In this document: positions 18,737 to 25,997 of the stretch, one piece after another
Position numbering within the stretch: position 1 is the stretch's first letter
Layout: every line of letters starts with the position of its first letter
Source: a virus
Length of the DNA stretch: 40,068 bases
Direction: 5' to 3' (one strand)
Virus record (IMG/VR): IMGVR_UViG_3300000970_000004
Location: 1-40,068 of that record
Made by a program: the position numbers and the translations under genes
The notes under the pieces: model-generated
What the model was told of the DNA's origin: nothing
The model's database searches: none
Seen by the model: the letters and a program-made list of their open reading frames with translations, nothing else

Positions 18737-19362
18737 TGCGGTTCCTTTATCGCATTATCGCAGCGCTGGCGGTTTTCTCTCTCTTAACCGTCAGTGCCTA
18801 TGCGCAGTCTTCAGCCTCTTTGCGAAAGCAAGAGCTTGAGCGCGTATCTATTTCCGAAATTCCGCTGGCGGGATATGACGAACCGAAGCCCGGCGACATT
18901 CCCGGACCGACTGAACCAGCTTACACATATTGGGGACAAATCTATGCAATCCGTGACGTTGACACTGTTCAGGGAATGGTTGATTTGGGCTTCAACACTC
19001 ACATGTGGTTTGGCTATCGCTTTTCTGCCAATGACGGCTTTGAAATCACCAAGAAAGGCGGACGTTCCGCTTCACATGTCGCGCGTGGTTTTAAATGCCG
19101 CGATTTAATGGTTGGCTGGCTTGGAAGCAAACAGGTCTTTCCAAAGACAGCAAAATATCACCAATTCAACAAGCCAATTCGCGTTGTCGTTCAGAGCGTC
19201 AAAAGTGACAAATATGCGGAGCGCTGGCTTTTCGTTATTTACAAGGACGGTGTTAATCTGAACCAACTGGCCGCAAGGTCAGGCTGTTCGATTGTGACAA
19301 CCTTCAAATCTAAGCCGCCATTTTATCCGCGCGACACGCCGATTACGGCGAATATGAAATAA
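18733..19362 (+). CDS. Secreted staphylococcal-nuclease (SNase)-like protein (209 aa)
   Basis: Signal peptide MMRFLYRIIAALAVFSLLTVSAYA-QS. The segments IRDVDT...DLGF...RFSANDGFE...KSDKYAERW...DGVNLNQ line up with the SNase pattern DGDT...RLxGIDAPE...DKYGR...NVN. Confidence 0.5.
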   Translation: MMRFLYRIIAALAVFSLLTVSAYAQSSASLRKQELERVSISEIPLAGYDEPKPGDIPGPTEPAYTYWGQIYAIRDVDTVQGMVDLGFNTHMWFGYRFSANDGFEITKKGGRSASHVARGFKCRDLMVGWLGSKQVFPKTAKYHQFNKPIRVVVQSVKSDKYAERWLFVIYKDGVNLNQLAARSGCSIVTTFKSKPPFYPRDTPITANMK

Positions 19363-19388
19363 GCCTGTTTGATTTCCTTTCGGGCTTG

Positions 19389-19430
19389 AAGTCCCGCGTG
19401 TTGTCCCAAACTCCGCGCGGGGCTTTTTTT
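19389..19430 (+). terminator. Rho-independent terminator
   Basis: AAGTCCCGCG / CGCGGGGCTT stem (one G-U pair), a 17-nt loop, then T7. Confidence 0.75.
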
Positions 19431-19458
19431 ATGTCAAAATCTGTGTTAGGGCGCGAAA

Positions 19459-20148
19459 ATGCAGTTCTTCAATCCTATATGGCGTTATTTAGGCCGAATT
19501 TCGCCGTTTCAGCCGCTTCAGGACGTTTCTGACGAAGTTTTGATGAATGATGCCAAAGAGCAAGGCCGCTCACAGGCGCTTAAAACAGCGCCTAAGATGG
19601 AGATTGTCGAAATGCGTTCAGAAACATTCAAAAAAGCCGTTGCTGTCATATTCCGAAAAGAGGGCGGATATGTGAACAATCCGCGCGACAATGGCGGCAT
19701 GACGAACAAGGGGATTACATATAAGACCTTGGCCCGTTGGCGTGGCGTCGCCCCTCAAACAATCTCTGAACGCGACATGCGCGGCCTAAGTCGCCAAGAG
19801 GCTGAAGACATCTATTACGCCCGGTATTGGCAGGCTTGCCGCTGTGACGACCTTCCTGACGGCCTTGACCTTCTTATTTTCGACTTCGCTGTGAATAGCG
19901 GACCCGCGCGCGCCGCTAAGTTCTTACAAGCCGCCGTCCGTCAAACCCGCGACGGCATTATTGGCGGAATGACATTGCGCGCCGTTTCCCGGGCGAACAT
20001 TCCTGACGTAATTTCGAAGATTACGGCTGACCGAATTGCTTGGCTTAAAAAGCATGAAGACTGGGACGAATTCGGGAACGGATGGACGAAGCGTTTTCGT
20101 CAGATTGAACGCAAGGCCTTGAAAATAAATCATGGCGGAAGTTGGTAA
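19459..20148 (+). CDS. Endolysin, GH108 lysozyme domain plus PG_binding_3-like C-terminus (229 aa)
   Basis: Hallmark EGGYVNNPRDNGGMTNKGIT and C-terminal FGNGWTKRF. An N-terminal extension of about 50 aa is present, so the true start may instead be an internal ATG (MEIVEM...). Confidence 0.85.
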   Translation: MQFFNPIWRYLGRISPFQPLQDVSDEVLMNDAKEQGRSQALKTAPKMEIVEMRSETFKKAVAVIFRKEGGYVNNPRDNGGMTNKGITYKTLARWRGVAPQTISERDMRGLSRQEAEDIYYARYWQACRCDDLPDGLDLLIFDFAVNSGPARAAKFLQAAVRQTRDGIIGGMTLRAVSRANIPDVISKITADRIAWLKKHEDWDEFGNGWTKRFRQIERKALKINHGGSW

Positions 20149-20629
20149 GATGGAAAACGAGCAAGTTATACAAAACCGCCTTCAAAGTATAATTTCAGCG
20201 GCGGGATTTAACCCAACAAGCCTTATGATTACGGGCGCAATTACAGCCCTTGGAATTGCCGGGCATTTCGTTGACAGATATTTTTCAGGACTTGAGCGCT
20301 ACAATTCGGGCTATAGCGAATGTGAAGCGGTCATTGAAGAGGTTGAAGGCGAAAACCAGATTGAAGTTGAAGGCGTTCTTTTCAACTATCAGGAAGCGTC
20401 TGACGAAATCGAAGACGAAGTTCAGGAAATCATTGTTGACGACGCGGCGCAATCTGGCGCGACGGTTGCAGATTTAAGGGACGCGCTGGACGACTGGCAG
20501 CGCAGCCAAGACGAAAGGAAACGACGCAATGAAGAAGAACCTAAGAGCCCTTGGCATTCTGACGATGTGCCTGATGATGTCAGCTTGCGCTTCAGTGACA
20601 GAGATAAAAGCCGCCGCAAAAGCGATTGA
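20132..20629 (+). CDS. Type II membrane protein, i-spanin-like (or holin) (159-165 aa)
   Basis: One N-terminal TM span (LMITGAITALGIAGHFV) and a highly acidic remainder. Alternative start ATG 20150 lies just after the endolysin stop. The lipoprotein ORF begins inside its 3' end. Confidence 0.45.
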   Translation: MAEVGKMENEQVIQNRLQSIISAAGFNPTSLMITGAITALGIAGHFVDRYFSGLERYNSGYSECEAVIEEVEGENQIEVEGVLFNYQEASDEIEDEVQEIIVDDAAQSGATVADLRDALDDWQRSQDERKRRNEEEPKSPWHSDDVPDDVSLRFSDRDKSRRKSD

Positions 20630-20942
20630 AGTCCCTGACACGCCGCCACAGCTAACAATCAAGCCTGAACTGCTAGAAGTCCAACCGCTGACTGAACGGC
20701 CTGCTGTCGTGAAAAACGAAGACCTTGCTGAATGGGCGGAAATCACTGACGACGACCACAAGCGCGACAGGAAGCAGCTTGAACTTCTTGTGGTTGCTGA
20801 AAAGCAGCGCGACCACAATCAGAACGAAATCAATCTGAAGTATGAAGAGAAAAAGGCCAAGGCCAAGGAAGCTGTCGAAAAAATCAACGAAATAAGCAAC
20901 AGCGGGCGCGGCTCTTGGTGGAAAAAGTTCAATCCGTTTTAA
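20529..20942 (+). CDS. Lipoprotein, o-spanin-like (137 aa)
   Basis: Lipobox signal MKKNLRALGILTMCLMMSA-C and a P-rich segment after the Cys. SD GAAAGGAAA lies 9 nt upstream. It starts in another frame 101 nt inside the preceding gene, the overlapped spanin architecture. Confidence 0.5.
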   Translation: MKKNLRALGILTMCLMMSACASVTEIKAAAKAIEVPDTPPQLTIKPELLEVQPLTERPAVVKNEDLAEWAEITDDDHKRDRKQLELLVVAEKQRDHNQNEINLKYEEKKAKAKEAVEKINEISNSGRGSWWKKFNPF

Positions 20943-21259
20943 TTTTCGCCCTGCCTAGCGCTCATTTGTTGCCGCCATGCTTTTGAATTCATGTCGTGAC
21001 GAAGGCGAAGTTCTTGCTGGCTGTATAAATCATTAAATTCGTCATAATCCAAATGCCCCTTGACGCTGTTGCATGACAGACATGCGCCAACGAGGTTTTC
21101 AGGATTGCTTTTGCCGTTCTTTTTCCGGGGCTTCTTATGGTCAATCGTGAACTTTCGCTTCACGCTGTTTGGAATTCCAAAAATCATGTCTATTTTGCAA
21201 TAATGACACTTACCAAGGCATTCTGTAAAAACCCTTATTCTGCGCTCAAAAGAACTCAT
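20939..21259 (-). CDS. HNH endonuclease (106 aa)
   Basis: CHYC...TIDHKKPRKKNGKSNPENLVGACLSCNSVKG matches the HNH/Zn pattern. Confidence 0.85.
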   Translation of the reverse strand: MSSFERRIRVFTECLGKCHYCKIDMIFGIPNSVKRKFTIDHKKPRKKNGKSNPENLVGACLSCNSVKGHLDYDEFNDLYSQQELRLRHDMNSKAWRQQMSARQGEN

Positions 21260-21567
21260 TCGAACATGTCCTTTGTTTTTTCACAGCGCGGCTCTGGCAG
21301 TTCGCGGCTGTCTTTTTCGTGCTGATAGGCTTTGCATTTGGGCTTGCCCTTATGGTCGTAAACTAGCTCTTTTGGATATTCAGGCGCGTCAATATCGAAA
21401 GCATGCATAAGAACGGAAATTTCGCACCATTCGCCGTCAAAATGCGGGTCAGTCATGTCGGGTTGTTTCTTGCATGAAGCGCACCATTGCGCTTCGAAGT
21501 ATTCGCCTTCAGTCCCATTCGACGGGCGGTAAGGCTTGCCAGCGGCGTCAGGGATTATTACGGGCAT
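21256..21567 (-). CDS. Cys-rich hypothetical protein (103 aa)
   Basis: ATGA overlap with the HNH gene. Contains an NGTEGEYFEAQWCASC motif. Confidence 0.65.
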   Translation of the reverse strand: MPVIIPDAAGKPYRPSNGTEGEYFEAQWCASCKKQPDMTDPHFDGEWCEISVLMHAFDIDAPEYPKELVYDHKGKPKCKAYQHEKDSRELPEPRCEKTKDMFE

Positions 21568-21569
21568 GA

Positions 21570-21731
21570 TTAAGTAAATTCTCTTGACTTGATAGCAGCG
21601 GCTTCACGTTCGAACCTGTCAGCCTTTTGGCGGTGTTCGCGCGCTTCCTGAAGGTCAATAGCGTCACGGCATTTGTCACGGTGATATATTGACCTTTTTT
21701 GCGCCCAATTCATGCGCTCTAAGTGGTTCAT
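21570..21731 (-). CDS. Small ORF (53 aa), not in the supplied track
   Basis: Manual translation gives MNHLERMNWAQKRSIYHRDKCRDAIDLQEAREHRQKADRFEREAAAIKSREFT. The ATG overlaps the upstream stop (ATGA), and it ends 2 nt before the next ATG. Confidence 0.5.
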   Translation of the reverse strand: MNHLERMNWAQKRSIYHRDKCRDAIDLQEAREHRQKADRFEREAAAIKSREFT

Positions 21732-21904
21732 TTTACTTCAACGAATGCAGCGTGGCGAAGGCGGCTTTCAGCTTCGTTTCTTGCGCCAAAATTTAAAGGT
21801 TCGTCACATGACACACGCACTAAATTGATTAAGGCTTCAACAAATTCTTCAGGAACGGCGCGCTCTGTGACTTTCGATGTGTCTGCAATCACATGGTCTA
21901 TCAT
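21728..21904 (-). CDS. Small ORF (58 aa), not in the supplied track
   Basis: Manual translation gives MIDHVIADTSKVTERAVPEEFVEALINLVRVSCDEPLNFGARNEAESRLRHAAFVEVK. It has ATGA overlaps at both ends. Confidence 0.5.
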   Translation of the reverse strand: MIDHVIADTSKVTERAVPEEFVEALINLVRVSCDEPLNFGARNEAESRLRHAAFVEVK

Positions 21905-22110
21905 TGCTTTGTGTCCATCACGAAAATTAAATCAGTGGTGGCTTTTCCTTGCCGGGTATAACCGCCCTTGCAGTCGTAAAACTCGCCGCGCGTTGTGTGA
22001 AGCTCACCTTCGGCTTCATGGATTTGCTCAAGAACGCTGCTTTCAAGCTGGCTTTCTGGCGTCAGGACGACTTGCGTTCTGCCCTCTTTTATGAATATCG
22101 CAGCTTTCAT
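21901..22110 (-). CDS. Hypothetical protein (69 aa)
   Basis: SD AGGAAAC upstream and ATGA coupling downstream. Confidence 0.6.
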   Translation of the reverse strand: MKAAIFIKEGRTQVVLTPESQLESSVLEQIHEAEGELHTTRGEFYDCKGGYTRQGKATTDLIFVMDTKQ

Positions 22111-22258
22111 TTGTTTGGTTTCCTAAGTGTTGCTTCGCGCGCCCCATGTCTATTTCCCTGCGCAGCTTGCTAAAGTTGATTGTTTCTAAAAAGCGCGGAT
22201 GGGCTTGAGATATGCGCTTTAGTGTGACGTTTTCAAATGGATGGTTTATGCCTGACAT
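22043..22258 (-). CDS. Hypothetical protein (71 aa)
   Basis: SD AAAGGAAA lies 6 nt upstream. Its 3' end overlaps the next ORF by 68 nt. Confidence 0.5.
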   Translation of the reverse strand: MSGINHPFENVTLKRISQAHPRFLETINFSKLRREIDMGRAKQHLGNQTNESCDIHKRGQNASRPDARKPA

Positions 22259-22308
22259 TGCGATTTCCTTTTAATTTTGCAACGTCAGGCATAGGCGGAG
22301 CGGGTTAA

Positions 22309-22692
22309 TTAAGGGTGAAGAAACTGGACCAAATCAGGCTTGAAATAATCTGGCCCCTTCAGAATTTTCCCATCACCGCGAAGAATTGGCTTCCCGTCCC
22401 GGTCAAGCTTCGACATGTTTGAACGATGGACTTCAGCAAAAGCTTCGTCTTTGATGTCACCCATTCCAAGCTTCAAATAGAGCCCGTCCAAAATGTATTG
22501 CATGTCCGAAAGGGCGTCCAAAGCTTCAACCAAATCACCCGCATTGAACGCTTCATTAAATTCGTCCAATTCCTCTTGCATAAGATTTGCCTGAAGCGGA
22601 ATTGTGTCTTCGTCCAGCGTTGGCTTTCCGGGAAGTGGAAGGTTGAAGGCCTTGTTCCACTCCCTAACCTGTTCGATTGTTGTCGGAGCCAT
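22309..22692 (-). CDS. MazG-like nucleoside triphosphate pyrophosphohydrolase (127 aa)
   Basis: LMQEELDEFNEA...DLVEALDALSDMQYILDG...EVHRSNMSKLDRDGKPILRGDGKILKGPDYFKPDL matches the all-alpha NTP-PPase pattern. Confidence 0.8.
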   Translation of the reverse strand: MAPTTIEQVREWNKAFNLPLPGKPTLDEDTIPLQANLMQEELDEFNEAFNAGDLVEALDALSDMQYILDGLYLKLGMGDIKDEAFAEVHRSNMSKLDRDGKPILRGDGKILKGPDYFKPDLVQFLHP

Positions 22693-23132
22693 TATGCCCC
22701 GCTTTCGTCGTTCAGCGGGTCGTCGCCAGCCGCTATTGACCGAGTTAATTCAAGAAGCTGTCGGCGGACGCGCTTTGACTTTATGCCTGAAATGGCCTTG
22801 GCTTGCGCTACGCCGTCAGTGCTGTTGATAAAGTCATAAACGGCGGCTGTGTCGCCTTCAGGCGAAACTTCCGTTCCTTGACCGTCTAAGCCCTGAAAAA
22901 AGAAGCCAACTGGCACGTCCATGACTTGCGACATTTTGAAGAGCCGGGATGCGCCGACACGGTTCGCGCCACGCTCATATTTTTGCACTTGCTGGAATGT
23001 AACGCCCAACTGGTCGCCAAGCTTTTCTTGGCTCATTTTCAGACGAATGCGCGTTCCAACATGCACGTCAATCGGATTTGGCGACCTTGGAGCGTGTTTG
23101 CTCTTAGTCTTGGGTAGTGTTGCTGTTGTCAT
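22692..23132 (-). CDS. XRE-family HTH regulator of the alphaproteobacterial PhrR/PraR-like type (146 aa)
   Basis: NPIDVHVGTRIRL..MSQEKLGDQLGVTFQQVQKYERGANRVGASRLFKMSQVMDVPVGFFF, plus a conserved C-terminal VYDFI...VRRQLLEL segment. Confidence 0.85.
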   Translation of the reverse strand: MTTATLPKTKSKHAPRSPNPIDVHVGTRIRLKMSQEKLGDQLGVTFQQVQKYERGANRVGASRLFKMSQVMDVPVGFFFQGLDGQGTEVSPEGDTAAVYDFINSTDGVAQAKAISGIKSKRVRRQLLELTRSIAAGDDPLNDESGA

Positions 23133-23796
23133 AGTGTGTTTCCTTTCGTATGACGGTTTCGGTTGATTTTTTAAGAGCCTGTTTGTGCCAATTTAAAAGA
23201 GTGGCGGCTGTTGTGATTATGTGATGTTTGTATTTTTCCATGTCGCCAGCAGCGAAAGAAGAACAAGCTTTCTGTGATAAATACCCAATAAGCCAAAACC
23301 AGTCCCAAGCCGTTTTGATGTCGTCATGACCTTCAGGCCAGCGAATTTTTTGATGTTCTGCTTCTTTGGCTATTGCAGAAATGAAATTGTCATTTTCGGG
23401 TGTGTTGATAATGTCTTGAAGCCTTGAAACTTCGCTTTCAAGCTTTGCAATCTTTTCGCGGACAGGATTTGCACCGTTCCAGTCAGCCTTTTCGCCAGTT
23501 GCGCCAGACACGATTTGATTGACTTCGTGAACGATTGATTTTTGAGTTTTTGCTTCTGAAGCCCATATTTGCGCCTGAAGAATTACGTTCGCAATTATTT
23601 CGTCTTTTGCTTCGTTTTCTTCTTTCAGGCGGTTCACATAATGGCTTTGGCGGCGATGCCAAGAATTGCAATTACACGCCGCAATGTTACAGCTTTCATA
23701 TCCCTCTGAATTCATAAAGTGACGGCGGGCGTCTAACTCTTCTTGCTCTGAAGGGAAGTCGCCGTTGAACTTCAATAAGCTTTCTCGAATGCTCAT
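23104..23796 (-). CDS. Hypothetical protein (230 aa); coiled-coil centre, helical C-terminal domain weakly NTP-PPase-like
   Basis: Long ORF in the operon. The C-terminal EAEHQKIRWPEGHDD..WDWFWLIGYLSQKA...HHIITTAATLLNWH only loosely resembles MazG-like helices and lacks the EExGE motif. Confidence 0.6.
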   Translation of the reverse strand: MSIRESLLKFNGDFPSEQEELDARRHFMNSEGYESCNIAACNCNSWHRRQSHYVNRLKEENEAKDEIIANVILQAQIWASEAKTQKSIVHEVNQIVSGATGEKADWNGANPVREKIAKLESEVSRLQDIINTPENDNFISAIAKEAEHQKIRWPEGHDDIKTAWDWFWLIGYLSQKACSSFAAGDMEKYKHHIITTAATLLNWHKQALKKSTETVIRKETHYDNSNTTQD

Positions 23797-24011
23797 TTTG
23801 AGAACTCCACGCCCATGATTTTTGCGTTTGTTTTGCAGTCGTCTTCAGTGGCAAAATCACCGAAAACGTGCATTCCTTTGTAGCGCGTTTCGTCGTCGTC
23901 ATAACTGAACCGCCAGCGCCAAAGCTTCGTGTCTTTGTCCTTTTTGGTTTCCCACATTCCAGCAACCATAAGATTGCCAACTTTCATTTCAGCTTTGCGT
24001 TTCATTTTCAA
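23793..24011 (-). CDS. Hypothetical protein (72 aa)
   Basis: SD GAGGAA lies 7 nt upstream of ATG 24011, with ATGA coupling to the downstream gene. Confidence 0.6.
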   Translation of the reverse strand: MKMKRKAEMKVGNLMVAGMWETKKDKDTKLWRWRFSYDDDETRYKGMHVFGDFATEDDCKTNAKIMGVEFSK

Positions 24012-24369
24012 ATTCCTCTAATGGCTTCAGCACTTCCATCGCCAGTGCGCGCGGGTCATTGTGGCCAGCGGCAATTTTACGAATGGCCTCAAGAGCCGCT
24101 TCGCGCGCCGCTCTATACGTCAGAGGTCTTCGCCGCCGTTCGTCATCTTCACGTTTTCTTTTAGCTGCTTGTTCTCGCCGCCTTTTGTCAGCAGCCTTGC
24201 AGTGAACGCCGCACCGCGTCGGCTTTCCATGCTCTTCAATAACGTCATATTTGGCCTTATTTCCGCACTGGTGCGCTGACCAGTCTCTAAACATTCTTTG
24301 ACCGCAACGGCTATAATCAACATGACTGAAGCCCGTAAGCCTATCCCATCCCTTAAGAAGCTCTTTCAT
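23989..24369 (-). CDS. Cys/His-containing basic protein (126 aa)
   Basis: ORF in the operon with a putative zinc-binding C...HQC...CGVHC pattern and an R/K/E-rich centre. Confidence 0.6.
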   Translation of the reverse strand: MKELLKGWDRLTGFSHVDYSRCGQRMFRDWSAHQCGNKAKYDVIEEHGKPTRCGVHCKAADKRRREQAAKRKREDDERRRRPLTYRAAREAALEAIRKIAAGHNDPRALAMEVLKPLEEFENETQS

Positions 24370-24491
24370 TTTTCAACCCTCGACTTCAGCAGAGCAATCA
24401 GCCCCAAAATAAACAACGTGAAGCCCGCCAATCCGACAAGGTTCATTGCCACGCTTGCGGTCCACCATTCGTTATATGAAAGATAAATCAC
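24366..24491 (-). CDS. Small membrane peptide (41 aa), not in the supplied track
   Basis: Manual translation gives (GTG)MIYLSYNEWWTASVAMNLVGLAGFTLFILGLIALLKSRVEK. It has a GTGA overlap upstream and an ATGA overlap downstream. Confidence 0.35.
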   Translation of the reverse strand: MIYLSYNEWWTASVAMNLVGLAGFTLFILGLIALLKSRVEK

Positions 24492-24778
24492 GCCTTGCTC
24501 CGATTAACCCGGGCGCAAGAGAACTCCATGCGCTCTTCGGTCTTGCGAACATAAGCCGTTGAAGTTTCGAAATGGTCCGCAACTTGGCGAACGGTTTTGT
24601 CAGGATTTGCAATGGCGTATTCCGCGACCTTCAAGCCAAGGCCATGACGGATAGGGCGGGAAGGTTTGCGACGGGCTGGTTTCTCACAACCTCCCAAAAA
24701 GGAATTGCCCGCCGCTCCGTCAACCACGGGGCGCTGTGGCGACGAAATTCTTATTAAATCAATGTGGCTCATGGTCAA
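24488..24778 (-). CDS. Small HTH-like DNA-binding protein (96 aa)
   Basis: The C-terminal KTVRQVADHFETSTAYVRKTEERM looks like a helix-turn-helix. Confidence 0.55.
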   Translation of the reverse strand: MTMSHIDLIRISSPQRPVVDGAAGNSFLGGCEKPARRKPSRPIRHGLGLKVAEYAIANPDKTVRQVADHFETSTAYVRKTEERMEFSCARVNRSKA

Positions 24779-25725
24779 GACTGGCTTTCAAATGGCTTGT
24801 CGCCGGGAAACATGTCTTCGTCTTCAAGTGTTTTTGTGTCAGCAGACTTTGCGATTTGAACAAGCCTGTCTTTGAGCCCGGGGCGCAAGAATAAATCTCT
24901 GTAGGCTTCAACGTCGTTGTTTTTCATTCGCTCCATTGTCGTCTTTAGAACAGAGCCGCCGCGTTCAGCGGCACTTTCAAGCTCTGCAAGCTGATTGCCA
25001 AACTTATCAACAATCCCCCTGTTGGCTTCTTCAATCAGCATTTCGCCGTGAACGTTTCCAATAAGCTGACCGTCCTTGATGCACTCTTTGTAGCGTTCGC
25101 CAACCCGCGCATTTGTGACGGCGTGTGTTTCGCGGTCAATCGTGACATTTATGGTCAAGTCATATAAAATCTGGTTGTCACAGCATTCGCCAATGACATC
25201 TTTCTTCGAGCCCGGGTCAATGGTTTGCTTTAACCGAATGCAAAGAATGACATGCTGCGAAATCCCTAAAAGGTGATTTATGAAACGCTTGTGTTGCATT
25301 TTGGGCTTTGTCCACACATTGACCGAAACGCCTTTTTCGCGCTTAATTAAATCGGCTTCAATTTCCTCTTTGAACTCAAGAACGCCGCCGTCGCCGTCCC
25401 ATTCATGCGAGGCGCTATCGAAAATAATAACGTCGGCTTCATGTTGAACGGCGGCTTCAACAGCTTCTAAACAGCGTAGCGGGCGAAACGGCGGGCGAAG
25501 GTCAATCACTTCAAACTGACCAACATCTTCATGCCCAACATACTCTTCAGACTGTCCGTTGTGAGTATCAATGACGATAATTTTTCCGTTTGGTCCCGCT
25601 ATTCCTCGCGCCATTTTAAGGCTTGATAGCGTCTTACCCGCATGATTGAAGCCAAGAACGCCTATCTTTAAAGATTGTGCTTTTTTAACGCCGGGGCGCG
25701 GCGTGAATTCGCTTTGTTGTGTCAT
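24775..25725 (-). CDS. Sak4-like (AAA_24) recombination ATPase (316 aa)
   Basis: Walker A VLGFNHAGKT and Walker B DVIIFDSASHEWD. Its size and its partnership with the exonuclease gene also fit. Confidence 0.7.
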   Translation of the reverse strand: MTQQSEFTPRPGVKKAQSLKIGVLGFNHAGKTLSSLKMARGIAGPNGKIIVIDTHNGQSEEYVGHEDVGQFEVIDLRPPFRPLRCLEAVEAAVQHEADVIIFDSASHEWDGDGGVLEFKEEIEADLIKREKGVSVNVWTKPKMQHKRFINHLLGISQHVILCIRLKQTIDPGSKKDVIGECCDNQILYDLTINVTIDRETHAVTNARVGERYKECIKDGQLIGNVHGEMLIEEANRGIVDKFGNQLAELESAAERGGSVLKTTMERMKNNDVEAYRDLFLRPGLKDRLVQIAKSADTKTLEDEDMFPGDKPFESQS

Positions 25726-25997
25726 TTTTCTTTCCTTTTTACTTCGCCGTTTGCTTCGTAAGTAGTGACAGTTTTAATTGTCATTTTCACAGGCTGAATT
25801 GTTGAATGCCTGCACTTCACATTCCAATCTGAATGCGTAGTCTTGTAAAATTCACCGCCTGACGTTTTCCAAATTAAAACGACATAATTTCCGCCGCTTT
25901 CAGGTATTGAAACGCGGCTTTGAACGGTTGCGTCATTTAATTCTTCAAACCATTCTGAAAGGTGTTTTTCATCCCAATTCATTCTTCTAACTGCCAC
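25722..25997 (-). CDS. Hypothetical protein (91 aa)
   Basis: ORF overlapping both neighbours, between the exonuclease and the ATPase. Confidence 0.6.
   Translation of the reverse strand: MAVRRMNWDEKHLSEWFEELNDATVQSRVSIPESGGNYVVLIWKTSGGEFYKTTHSDWNVKCRHSTIQPVKMTIKTVTTYEANGEVKRKEK

Noticed and set aside
21723-22094. 123-aa + strand ORF in the early region
   Set aside because: It is opposite four - strand ORFs that are joined by ATGA overlaps and have good SDs. It has a GTG start without an SD.
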